DNA of 64,000 nt from Octopus sinensis. Its lineage: Eukaryota. This document shows, piece after piece, positions 25,381 to 38,357 of the stretch (its first letter is position 1; every line of letters begins with the position of its first letter). Both the position numbers and the translations under genes were made by a program. The stretch is taken from assembly GCF_006345805.1 (NCBI RefSeq), contig NC_043003.1, positions 62,310,001 to 62,374,000 of the forward strand, read 5' to 3'. The notes under the pieces were generated by a model, which did not search any database, was not told the origin of the DNA, and saw only the letters and a list, made by a program, of their open reading frames with translations.

Positions 25381-28139
25381 TCCTTAGAAAAAAAGAAACA
25401 GGTGCAGTCCATTCAATGGGTTTCTGTACAGTTTCATTTTATGTAGTTTCACTTACAAAACTTGAATCAATCCAAGTTTGAGGTAGAAGACACTAGCTGA
25501 AGGTGTCTATTGAAATGTAAGTGGAACCATGCAATTATGAAGTGAACATTTTAACCATACAGCGATGCCTGTACTCAGGTTTTCCAATTTATTCTGTTCC
25601 TAAGAAAGACAGCTTCTGTATAGTTAACAAAAAAGATCCACCATGTACTTTTCAGCTTTGGGACTAGTGGTAAGCGAAATGTGTAAAGTTGCGTAAAAAC
25701 TTATTCTATCAATATGCAAATCTTCAAGTTTGAAAGGAAACAGAAACAAATATAAATTCCTGTAAGCAAGAAAGAGATTACAGAAGAGCTGAAATTATTC
25801 TTTAAATTCAATAAGAACACTTTATTTCCTAATGTTTGCTTTCTTTCATATACTAATTTGTGTTATTGTTAAAAATAATAAAAGGAAATGTTTTCAACTT
25901 AAACAAATATTTTGCATTGCTTTTTGTTTAAAGTATTCATCCATGCAATATTTAATTTTTTAAAACATTATGTAGTGTCCTTAATAAGAATAGAAAGTCT
26001 TTGTTTTTTTATCACCTTTAATATATTTCTCTTTGAAAACTATTTAGTGATTTATTAGCCTTTAAATATTCCACTCCACTGAGCACAAATAACATTCAAA
26101 CTAATTTATTGAACATTTTACTATGTTACTGATAACTTTGCTTTTTTGTTTCAATTGTACAAATAATATATTTATTAATTATTCAATAATATATATATAT
26201 ATATATATACACGCATATATTCACTTCATGCTCACCATTTGATACTTCTGCTAAATTTTACCCATTGTTACAAGACATCTTCTTATCAGACTATTTGCCA
26301 CTCCTGCATAGTATTTATTTCAAAACAAAAGATTCTAAACATAAAACTTTTTAGTCTTACTATCTTTTTTTTATTTGAGAATTTTTTTTTGACTCAGAAA
26401 TATTTTATCATGATATAAACAATATTTCTGATACATATGATTAAATATAGAAATTCAATAATTTTTTCTTTTATTTATTTTAACTATTTAAAGCTTTCTT
26501 TAATATTCAAATATTATATTGTAACCTATCTGAATTATTGAATTATATTTATTGTTTACAATATCTGAAATTATTTTTTAAGCATATTATAGTGTATTAA
26601 AAATCAATATTTAAATTGGTGTGTATAACTGTGCAGCATCAATAAAGTTTCTTTAAGATATTTCATTGTTAACTTTTGAGGTATAAAAATTTGTTAAAAT
26701 AAACTCTGTCAGGTAACTAATTTTCTTTTTAGCAATGAAAACTTTAAATCATATTTCTAATTAATACATAATCAGCAAAATGTATGGAATTAAAAATATT
26801 TTGTGTAGTACATGAAGAAAGCAATTATGTTAATTCTTCATTAATTTTCCCTTCATCTTATTGTGACTTTCCAGTGTGAAATTACCTTCTCATAAGACAT
26901 GTATTTAGAAATCTTATGAATGAAGAATGTTTGTAAAATAATTTGAATATATGGAAATAACATTTTGAAATAAAAACAATATTTTAAAATCCTAATTTAA
27001 ACTGTTTTACTTTAGGAATTGAAATTATGTTTGTATACAAGTTTGGATCAAAGGTTGGTAATTTTCTTTGTATTTATTTTTTAGTTATTTTCAACTATAA
27101 TTATTGTAAAATATATTAAAATAGCTTTTATTGAGCATTTTGTTTTTCATATTTGCTATAACTTTAGAGTTGCTTTTCATAAAACTGGTTATGACAAATA
27201 ATATTATTTTATTACATCAATACATCTAAAGTTATTAAATTTTATGATTTAACTATGTGTTTCATAACCTGGAATTTATTATTTTTTTTTCATTGAAATC
27301 CTTAAAAGGTTTTAATAACTGTTGTTAAGATACAAATAATATTCAGGATTATGTATTTGATTTCAAAAACAGCAACATACTTTAACATACTTTCTATTTC
27401 TTTAATTGTTATCTTCCAAGTTTTGATTTGAATAATTATTTATTTCTTAAACTTTCATCAAACATATTAATAACAATTTTGGGGTTGTACTTATTAAGCA
27501 AGTTACTTGATTTAAGTTTGTGTGTTCAAACTGAAACAATTACAGTGTGGAGGAGTCAAAATAGCCTCTTAAAATTCAGTGTCTTCATGATAATATTGGT
27601 TACTACATTGTGTCAAAAATATGACTTCCAATAGATTGTGTCAGTGAGGAAGGTGCAAATGTTTGACAATACTTTTTGACACTTTATAGCATGCAATAAA
27701 AGGAAAGTGAAAGTAAAAGGAAACAAAAGTAAAGGAAATATAAACACATATACGTGTTTTAAATGACTATCTTTCATGATGTAATTGTATTAACAGTAAA
27801 CAAGAAAAAAATATATATATAGTTGACTTCTAAATTTAATACTAGAAAAAACACTATTCTTTTCTGTTTATGCCAGTGGGGCTTGTGGCAAAGAGTAAGC
27901 ATAACTGTCTCTGTGTTTGTATATAAGTTTTTATAAGAACATTCTGCAACTTATTCAACTTCCAAACTAAAACTCAACATCAAATAATCAAACAAAGAAA
28001 TAGCAAATAAATAAACCATAGTAAAATAATAGCAGACATTTGTATTTAGCACAAATCAGACACTGAAACATGTATAGACTAACTAGTATCACCAACAATG
28101 GTTGCACACTGCTATGCATAGCAAATGCTCTTATCAGGC

Positions 28140-29900
28140 ATTTCTTGAGAATCAGCATATTTAAAAAAGCATATTAAATGACCAAAGCATTAAACAAAAG
28201 TTATGCACTTTCTACTAAGATCATGGTTTTGACCCCTTCCCACTTACATCATACAACAACATGGTAATTGGTAAATTTACTACATCAAAGGCCTTTGGGA
28301 AAGACAAAAGGCAAAATCTTATATCTAAATTAGGCTCTACAGGAACCACTGCACTTCTTAATATCTGCAACTACATGTACTGGCATCATAAAATCCTCAA
28401 ACTTTGGAAGATATACAGAATCGTATGATTTTTCACAGCTTCCCTATCCATTGTTCTCCTATGCACAACCTCAAGAATCCTAGATAGAGCAATTACTGAC
28501 ATCGCTAACACATTCTGTCTTCAATTAATAGTAAAAGTGCAGCCCACTGCACTCACCCATTCACTACTCATAAGCCTAATACAGAAAATACATGATTACC
28601 TCGACAACAAAAACATGTCTTATGTACCATTCTAAACACCATTTACATTAGTAAAATTGATGATAACATTCCGTATGTACACAAGCACACACACACACAC
28701 ACACACAAAAACCTTCACTTGAAACAATACAAAACATGTTCTAGCAAATTATGTGTCAGGTTGTGAAGTCTATCTGCAGTACAGGAGCAATACTTCCAGA
28801 ACTTGCAAGTTCTCAAATGGAGAATGGAATACCAAAAGGGCTCATCCTCTCACCCACTCTTTTCAACCTCTACTTATATGATGTTGTACTTACACAAAAT
28901 CTGCTAACAGCCTCATATGCAGATGACATCACACTCACACCCATCTACCATTCTCCAGTTATTGCTGTACAAGTACTCCATTTTGATATAAATCATCTTG
29001 AAACTTGGCTCAATAATAAACAGGTGTAAAGTAAAGTAGCATTTATCAAATCCACTATCTCCAACTTTTTACCAGCAATCATTGATAGCATCAAATACAA
29101 CTAACCATCACATTATCATCATCATCATCATTAACTTCATCATCCAGTGTTTTGAATCCAAGTTTTGTCCCCGTTAACGGGGGTGGCCGGATCTACCTCA
29201 ATGCCGTAGCAACTGCCCTCACACCATCTTGTCATCTTGCTCAGTTTTGGGTGTCCTCCCTTCTCAAGCCAACCCTCCCAATCTCCCCCTCCACCTGTCC
29301 CCTCCACGTTTTCTTCAGTCTACCTTGCTTTCATGGTCCATTTGCCTTAAATTCAAGCATCCTCCTCAGAGCATGCTTCTCTTACAAAGCATATACATGT
29401 AACACACACATGCACACAAGAACACACACACACACACATGGAAAGCAAAAATACTAGGCATTACATATGACATCTGTGCCGCATTCACAAGACACATAGA
29501 AGAATAGTAGAGAGAGCAAAATGATGCATATACTTAGAGCAATAATCTTTACCCTAATTAGGCAGCAGAAAGAAATAGCATTCGACGATGTACAAACAAT
29601 GCATGAGAAAATGCCAAACTTATATAGGTCCCTAATATCTCTGTAGCAAACTACAATAAACAACAAAGTATGCAAAACAGTGTAGTATGTATCATGAAAG
29701 TAGTACACAGACCACTTGCCTATATAATAGACAAATAATACTGTAAATGAAAGATGACCAAGACATGCCAAGGATATTGATTGTTACAATAGTAAACTTG
29801 ATATACCATGGTCTGTGTCACTACATGACAAGCCACTTCCAAAAAATTGGATGCTTATACAATATCCTAGAGCATTACTTTAATATGCTGAGAACTTTTA
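28140..29900 (+). mobile_element. Decayed I/Jockey-group LINE reverse transcriptase, split by an RTE insertion
   Basis: IVLLCTTSRILDRAI at about 28450. ORF 28751-29029 contains GIPKGLILSPTLFNLY...SYADDI. A post-RT ILRAI...QQKE segment resumes after about 29440. Confidence 0.75.
29110..29385 (-). mobile_element. 3' end of a second RTE-type LINE family
   Basis: The minus strand gives ALRRMLEFK...GRLKKTWRGQVEGE...GVRAVA, then IRPPPLTG and a (GAT)n tail. Confidence 0.65.
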
Positions 29901-30314
29901 CTCTCCTACTCTGCTCTGACAATCATTAAAAACTTAAATGCACAGAAATAGCTGCAGCATTATATGCAATCATATGTTGAGGAGTATATGATTCATCTGT
30001 GCATATCAGATTGTGCAGTGTATGCTGAGCTGTGCAGAGATAGTAAAACTGGGATGATGGATCTGTGGGTCACAACTCATCATTCAGTCAGCTATATGAC
30101 TGACCTGACCATGTAGCTTCTGGTGAAAAGGTTTAATTTATTTTGCACATCCTTACCTTTACTGAAACTCTACATTTTGTACAATAAGCTACATAGTGAT
30201 TTAAATTGACACCAAATATATCTACTCTCTTACAAGCAGTTTCAGTACTATTATGTGAACCACTCAATTTAGTGAGGCCATGAAACCAGTGCTTCACTAC
30301 ATCATAAACATTAA

Positions 30315-30545
30315 TACTGGTTTCAGATTTTGGCATAAGGCCAGTAATTTCAGGGCAGCAGGTAAGTTGATTACATTGACACCCAGTACTCAATACCTAT
30401 TTTATTGACCCCAAAAGGATTAAAGGCAAAGTAGACACCAGTAGCATTTGAACTCAGAATGTAAAGTCAGAAGAGTAAATAGTAAAAATAGAAGGGTAAA
30501 TATTTTTTCCAGGGTGGCAACAATTCTACTAGCTTACCACCTTCA
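30315..30545 (-). mobile_element. Nin-domain tRNA-derived SINE
   Basis: ttgaccccaaaaggattaaaggcaaagtagac...tttgaactcagaa is the reverse-complemented Nin-type core (gtcgactttgcctttcatcctttcggggtc) and B box. Relatives lie at 32335-32455 (+), 33820-34170, 34571-34921, 35065-35190 and 40355-40480. Confidence 0.65.
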
Positions 30546-31631
30546 GCATAAACATTAATATTTAATATATTTTCTGTTATGCAATTATTAAAACATCTAC
30601 ATCTTAATATAACTTCAATCTTAAAATGAAAATGTGATTTGTTATTTCTTTTCAGCATTGTAATTAAGCACCTTATTCTTAGAACTGACATGTACTTTTT
30701 TTAAACTCATGAATATATGAAGCATTAGCAATTTGGTTAACACTGAAACTATCTTATATGCCTAACTTTACATCTTCAATGGACAATTAAAAAAAAAATT
30801 CCTCTATTGTATTTGATTTTTTGTTATTATTCTTAGTTTACTAAATTCATTTCTCTGTCTTCTATACTATGAACATCTTTAAGTGATGAGATCATACTGA
30901 CACACCACTGCCTCCACATCTTAAAACACTGCAGCAGGTGATATACTCTGCTTCATACTTATTCTTTTTCCTTGAAGTAGCATCATATAATTAGATTTAC
31001 ATACTATAGATATTATATATGAAGGGTTACACAACTTTAATTTATTGCATATGTATTGAACTGTATTCGACTCACAGCTGAGACAAAGCAATGATCAATT
31101 GTCAGCAAATACACAATGAAAATGTTTCCAGACATTATATTGCTTCATATTTAACACCATATTAATACTGCATCATATTTTGCAATTATAAAAAAGAAGC
31201 CAGACACAGAAATAAGGTGTTTTATTGTGTAAAATGTGCCTTATCTGCACAAAGCCTGAATGTTAAGGAAATAACAAAAACAATGAAATGATAAATTTTA
31301 GTTCTAAAATGGTTACTCTGAGTATGAAATGAATAATCTTGGCAAAATGAATTCAGTTTTGATATGATCCAAAATGAAATAAATGCTTAACTTTTTTTCT
31401 GTTATCTTTCAATTAAGTTATAATATTTTGTTGACAAGTTATGACCTAATTAGCTTCTTTTGTCTAATTTTAAACTTAATACCATATCAGTTCTAGGCTG
31501 TCTCAAATTTCTAAGATCGATGAGGTTTATATTCATCCTGGATTTCTGAAACTTGGTGTTTGTTGGGAATGTCTAGCTAGGAAAGTATTTCCTGGAGGGT
31601 ATAGTCCTGGACTAGAAATGTTTTCTGTAGT

Positions 31632-31664
<33 letters not shown>

Positions 31665-32170
31665 ATGCAGACATGGCTGTGTTAAGAATTTCACTTTCCA
31701 TCTGCATGGTTTCTGGTTCAGTCCCACTGCATGGCACTTTGGGAAAGTGTCTTGTATTACAACCATGTGTTGGCCAAACTTGTGTGTAGGTTTGGTTCAC
31801 AGAAACTGAAAGAAGCCAACATGTATACATATACATCTTTTATCTTTTACTTGTTTTAGCCATTAGATTGTGCCCATGCTGGGGCACCACCTTGAAGAAT
31901 TTTTTAGTCAAATGTATTGAACTCAGTACTTATTTTTTTTTAAAGCCTAGTACTTATTCTATCAGTCTCTTTTGCCAAACTTCTAAGTTACAGGGGGGTA
32001 AACAAACCAGTACCAGTTGTCAAGCAGTGATGACAGGAATATACACACACACACATACATATACATATACATATAACTGGCTTCTTTCAGTTTCTGTCTA
32101 CCAAATCTACTCACAAGGCTTTGGTCAGCCCAAGGCTATAATTGGAGACACGAGCCCAAGGTGTCACAGT
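31665..32170. mobile_element. Two adjacent OK/OR-like SINEs in opposite orientation (+ 31665-31825, - 31840-32170)
   Basis: ggttcagtcccactgcatggcactttgggaaagtgtc on +. tgcccatgctggggcaccacc...ctaccaaatctactcacaaggctttgg on -. Confidence 0.75.
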
Positions 32171-32918
32171 GTGTTTAGTAGATTCATTTCATCCCCTAAC
32201 ACTCATCACTACTCTTTCTATGGTGCTACTTTGCTAGTGTATTCACCTGAGAGCAGAATAGGCACATACTACATACCCTCCTCTTTGGTTCTCCCTTCTG
32301 CTATACTCCATTTTTAACACCTCTCTTATCTACTATTACCTTTCATCTTTTAGAGGTCGATAAAATAAGTACCAGTTTATCACTGGGATTGATGTAATTG
32401 ACTTATCCCCTCTCCTAAAATTGCTGGCCTTGTGTCAAAATATGAAACTAATATCTAAAAGTTGTAGCAAGTTTTGAATCTTGATTTTGTACTGGAAAAT
32501 ATAATTAAGTTAACTATGTAGAGGTAGTGGACTTCAGTGTTAAAATCTGTCCATCAGTTTGTATCAATACTTTTTATCTTTTTGCTTGGTTTGGAGGTTC
32601 CTTTTTTTTTTTTTTGCTTAATATACATTCCATTATATTTCTTAGATATTGCGAAGACACTTTCTATTTTAGTTTCCAAAATATATATTTGTAACGTCTT
32701 TGATGCTGTCTGTAATCAATGTACCATGGCTCCTATAATGTCTCCCCACTTTAGTAAATTACAACTACCTAGCTGAACGTGTAGGCTCTATTTACATTTC
32801 TCTGTTTTGTTTTTAGAGTCAAATGCCAGCTTATAATTTTCGTTTCATTCTTTGTAAATCTGTGGATCTATCTCATTTTGTTTTGGTTTTATGAATGTTT
32901 GTTACTCATATATTTTTA

Positions 32919-32953
<35 letters not shown>

Positions 32954-32965
32954 GTGTTCTTGCAC

Positions 32966-32999
<34 letters not shown>

Positions 33000-33241
33000 A
33001 GAGTAGTAGTATATGCAAGATAGAAGGATGTTTGATAAAAATAACAGAATGCATTTCACAAAATACCTCTACTGAATATTGAAAATACAGAGACATTAGA
33101 GAAGCAATAAAGTAGAAAATAGTTGATATGTTTAGATCAAAGGCATATAATGAAATACATATAAATCAAATATTGATATATGTATCCTTAGTTCACTTAA
33201 ATATACAAATTGGTCTCACTTTTCTCTTACATAAAGAATAG

Positions 33242-33368
33242 GAAACAACACTGTCCAGTAGCAGTAATGGTAGTAGTGCTTTGATATCAAACATGGAACC
33301 TGAATATTTTAGAACAGAGACAATGTCAAGTTGTGATATCTTTGTTTATCACAGCAGATTTGGTGAAT
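33242..33368 (+). CDS. Candidate internal (or first coding) exon of an unidentified host gene: ETTLSSSSNGSSALISNMEPEYFRTETMSSCDIFVYHSRFGE
   Basis: Pyrimidine-rich ctcacttttctcttac...aatag acceptor, 127-nt open frame (phase 0 to 1), consensus donor gtaagt, and unique non-repetitive sequence. Confidence 0.45.
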
Positions 33369-33457
33369 GTAAGTGAGATAAAGAGAGTTTGACTGGAAGT
33401 CCTGGTTGAAAGCTAATTTTACTGGGAACTCATAATTCCCTTATAACCCTCATAAAG

Positions 33458-33504
<47 letters not shown>

Positions 33505-33518
33505 TAATAATAATAATA

Positions 33519-33579
<61 letters not shown>

Positions 33580-33580
<1 letters not shown>

Positions 33581-33797
33581 ACAAAACATTCAGACAAATA
33601 CTTAACAAAATCACCAGAACTTACAAGTATATATAACATACAAGAAATAGGACTACTAGGCACCGCACACATCCTATATAAAACACTTTCAATACAGTGA
33701 AAATAAGAGCACCAAAACAAACCACAGCACATACCCAAAGCTCACAGAGCTGCACTTGGTAGTGCAGTGAAAGCACATGTTAAAAATAAGACTTCTT
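33580..33797 (+). mobile_element. 3' end of an R4/Dong-like RLE non-LTR element in a (TAA)n tract (copy 1)
   Basis: TKHSDKYLTKSPELTSIYNIQEIGLLGTAHILYKTLSIQ* matches the C-terminal IQKxALLGTAHILRxxL motif, followed by a short UTR ending in (TAA)n. Confidence 0.7.
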
Positions 33798-34174
33798 AAT
33801 AATAATAATAATTAATTCAATTTTTTGCCACAAGGACAGCTTGTGGGAGATGGGGATGAGTTGATTACATCAACACCAGTGTTCAACTAGTACTTATTTT
33901 ATCAACCCCAAAGGATGACAGACAATAAAGAAATGAATACTACTACTACTACTACTACTGATAATAATAGTAATAATAATCCTTTCTGTTATAGACACAT
34001 GGCCTGAAATTTTAGGGAGTAGGCTAGTCAGTTACATTGACCCCAGTACTTGACTAATTCTTGATTTATCAACCCCGAATGGATGAAAGGCAAAGTCAAC
34101 CTTGGCAGAATTTGAATTCATGATGTAAGCATTTTGCCTGACATGTTAATGATTCTGCCAGCTCACCACCTTAT

Positions 34175-34215
<41 letters not shown>

Positions 34216-34260
34216 TACTACTACTACTACTACTGCTACTACTACTACTACTACTACTAC

Positions 34261-34330
<70 letters not shown>

Positions 34331-34331
<1 letters not shown>

Positions 34332-34548
34332 ACAAAACATTCAGACAAATACTTAACAAAATCACCAGAACTTACAAGTATATATAACATACAAGAAATA
34401 GGACTACTAGGCACCGCACACATCCTATATAAAACACTTTCAATACAGTGAAAATAAGAGCACCAAAACAAACCACAGCACATACCCAAAGCTCACAGAG
34501 CTGCACTTGGTAGTGCAGTGAAAGCACATGTTAAAAATAAGACTTCTT
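34331..34548 (+). mobile_element. R4/Dong-like 3' end (copy 2, from the tandem duplication)
   Basis: Identical to 33580-33797 at offset 751. Confidence 0.7.
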
Positions 34549-34925
34549 AATAATAATAATAATTAATTCAATTTTTTGCCACAAGGACAGCTTGTGGGAG
34601 ATGGGGATGAGTTGATTACATCAACACCAGTGTTCAACTAGTACTTATTTTATCAACCCCAAAGGATGACAGACAATAAAGAAATGAATACTACTACTAC
34701 TACTACTACTGATAATAATAGTAATAATAATCCTTTCTGTTATAGACACATGGCCTGAAATTTTAGGGAGTAGGCTAGTCAGTTACATTGACCCCAGTAC
34801 TTGACTAATTCTTGATTTATCAACCCCGAATGGATGAAAGGCAAAGTCAACCTTGGCAGAATTTGAATTCATGATGTAAGCATTTTGCCTGACATGTTAA
34901 TGATTCTGCCAGCTCACCACCTTAT

Positions 34926-34972
<47 letters not shown>

Positions 34973-35008
34973 TACTACTACTACTACTACTGCTACTACT
35001 ACTACTAC

Positions 35009-35041
<33 letters not shown>

Positions 35042-35757
35042 TAGTGATAAAAATAACGGTAATTTCAAATTTTGGCACCTGGCCAGCAATCCCAGAAGAA
35101 GGAATAAGTCGATTACATGGTCCCCAGTGCTCAACTTCTACTTATTTTATTGACTCTGAAAGGATGAAAGGCTAAGTCAACCTCAGTGGGAAATAATAAC
35201 CATAATCTCTTGAAATAAGACTTTTGTGCAAGAGAAGTGGATTAAGTGAATAGCATCAAATAAAGATGAAAGGTTAATTCAGCCTTGATTCATCTGAATA
35301 CTGAAATGAGAGAAACTATTCTTGATGGTATACAACATTTTGTTTAGCATTCTACAATTTGCACAAATATATCTGCCATTAGGATAATGAAATTAATTTC
35401 AGTTTCATTAGTAAAACATTAGTGACATTAGAATATTTCAAATGCAAATAGCATAAGGTCTCAATAATGAATATATTACTGTCAAATATATAACTAAAAC
35501 GAGGATGAAAATGCTGTTTAATCAAACAAAATCAAGCTCAGTGATAGGCAAAAATCAGTTGAGCACTAAATAAAGTGTGTTGTGCTATTTACTTATATCT
35601 CTTTATATTCTTGAGTTCATAAATCTTTCACAGTAGTTTTGCATTTCATCTTCTTAGAGTTGATAAATTAAGTACCATTCAAGTATCAGAATTGATTTTA
35701 GGAACTGTGCTCAAGAAGATCTACACCTATTAATGTATAATTGAAGTACTGAATAGC

Positions 35758-35828
<71 letters not shown>

Positions 35829-36619
35829 TCACACAGTGTATGCATACAACTAAAGGTTGTGGAAGCATAATGTTTATGAACACTATACACACAACTGGAT
35901 TGTTCAGTCTGTCAAGTCTACAACAGCTGCTTCTTTCCTCTTTTTCCTTTCCCTTCTTTTCATTTCTTGTTTTCCCATCCATTCACCTGGGTCCCTCCAT
36001 GAACCATTCCTATTGACAACCATCCCTAATCTTAAGATTATCACCCCACCTCCATATTTACCATCATTTTCATCCTTGTTCACACTCTCACCCTTGTTTT
36101 ATCCATCTCTCATGTCCCACACTCTTGCAACCTCTAACTCCACCCCTCATCTTCCTGCTACTTTTCTCCATCACTGTTAATACAAACCATATACCATTTC
36201 TATACTGCCAGGCACTGCTCCCTCTACTCTGAATTACTCCCAGTTAATATCCATCCATCATCCGTTAACATTGTTCCATCACCAATTGTACTTATCATCA
36301 ACTCACTCTCCCTCCTCACTTTTTCAACCTTCCCCACCCAGATGATTCCCCTGTCTCCATGCTTTCTTCTACTTACCATTTTGGATATGTCTCCTTGAGA
36401 GTATATTCTGGCACCTCCTTATCACTATATTTACCACTTTTTCTGGTACCACTTTTGCCTATTCATGTTCTACACATCACCTTGAATCTCCCCACATCAT
36501 ACCTATTGCTCCTCCTCTTATCATACTTGAAACTCTCAACACCTTGCATAAAACGCCCACTCAGTCTCTTATTCTCCCTGTCAATCAAGGAGTCTGTTTT
36601 GTTTTGCAAGTTATAAGAT

Positions 36620-36842
36620 GACCTCATTGTAGTACTAATGCCATGGAAATAGCACCATGTACACTCAGCAAAGTGGTTTGTATAAGGAAGAACATCCAGC
36701 CAGCCATGGAAATCATGATGAAACTGAGACACTGGAGCAAGATGTGGTTCTCTAACTGGTTAGGTCTTGTCAAACCATCCAGTTCATAATAGCATGGAAA
36801 ATGACTGTAAAAATAATGATGATGATGATGATGATAATGATA
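36620..36842 (+). mobile_element. Diverged RTE 3' tail
   Basis: aaggaagaacatccagccagcc...aaaccatcc...agcatggaaaatgac...gatgatgat. Confidence 0.55.
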
Positions 36843-37006
36843 GAATTCTTACATAAAATGTGTTATCTATTGAGTAAGAGTTTGTTCTTGATTGCCTAAA
36901 AGTTTGAGCTGTGATATCTTGTTTATTGTCTTTCACCATATTTTTTTTATCACCCGACTCTTATTGGTACACCTAATATTATTTTTTTACCATACAATTA
37001 TTATTA

Positions 37007-37063
<57 letters not shown>

Positions 37064-38323
37064 GTTATTATTAATGCTCACATCCTGCTTATTCTTTTTC
37101 AAGGTTCTTTTAGTTCAATATTTTTCAACATACTTCCAGGCATTTTTTGATCAAAAATAATTCAAGATAAAAGATTGCTTTTGATTTTGATGTGTGGATC
37201 ATTTCATCCTTTTAATTTGGATATTCTTCAGTGTGTTGTAGTCTTACCATTATCACATTATCACTTCATAAGTGGAAGTATCTGCATATTGCCCAATGTA
37301 TGTTTACACATTGAGAGAGAGAGGTGGGGAGAGAGAAAGAAAGAGAGAGAGAGAGAGAGAGAGACCTGTTTAAACATGTAAATGCATTTCATCTTTGTGT
37401 GGACTAGATATTGTATTGGCATTAGAATAGAGTTTAATTACTTTACTTTGGCTAATTTTTTTGTTTTAATTGCTAAATCAGAATTTCCTTTTCAGTCATT
37501 GCTGACTTTCATGTTAGCTCATCTCCTTTCTGCCTGCAAGATACTGTTAATAGATGAGTTTTATACAACTTGCTTTTTAAAAAAATCGGGGTTACTGTGG
37601 TTGCAAAATTTTTTAAAGATTTTTTATTTTAAGTCATTGCTTGCTCCTCAATAAACTTTAGCTCAGCGTATACCTTATTCACCCCCCCCCCCCACCACCG
37701 TAATATAGAACAATTTATTTTTTCTTTCTTTCTCCGCTCCCCCCCCCCGTTCCCTTATGTTCTCTTCTGAGTGTTTTGCTAGACCAGCTGGTTACTTTGT
37801 TTCAAAGCTGTTTCTCCTTGTTGGATTTAGAATTCAGCTGTTAATTTTTTTTTTCTTTTTGCGTGTCTAACCCCCCAAGGCCTTTTATAGTGAAGCTGTC
37901 ACTTATGACAAGGACAATTAATGAATTTATACTTGATTCCTTCTTGCACCGGCTAGTCGTTATTTTTTTGCAATATTAGTTTTGTTGTTCAATTCTACTA
38001 TCTTGCATTTCTCTCCTTCCTTTCTGTATGTTGAGTTCAAAAAATTTCTTCTGTACTGGGTATGGGCGATTATGCACTGTTTACCTGATTTCAGAGTCTA
38101 GATATAATTTTATATTTTGAGTTTTAATAATTTTAGATCTTGTTAAATGATTAGCTTTTTAGGTGTAACAATGATTCTCTGGTTTACAGTTCATTTTGCA
38201 ACTACTTGGGTTTGGATTACATCCTACCCAAGTCATTTCATCTCGAGCAACTCCCTTCTAATATAGAGGAGTGATCAATGTCTTGTCTGTGATATTTGGT
38301 TGATGGAAACTTAATGGAAGTCC

Positions 38324-38357
<34 letters not shown>

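Larger units (their letters stand above)
33504..35010. repeat. 751-bp tandem duplication bounded by (TAC)n/(TAA)n microsatellites
   Basis: 33580-34174 and 34331-34925 appear identical by eye. Only the microsatellite tracts differ. Confidence 0.9.
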
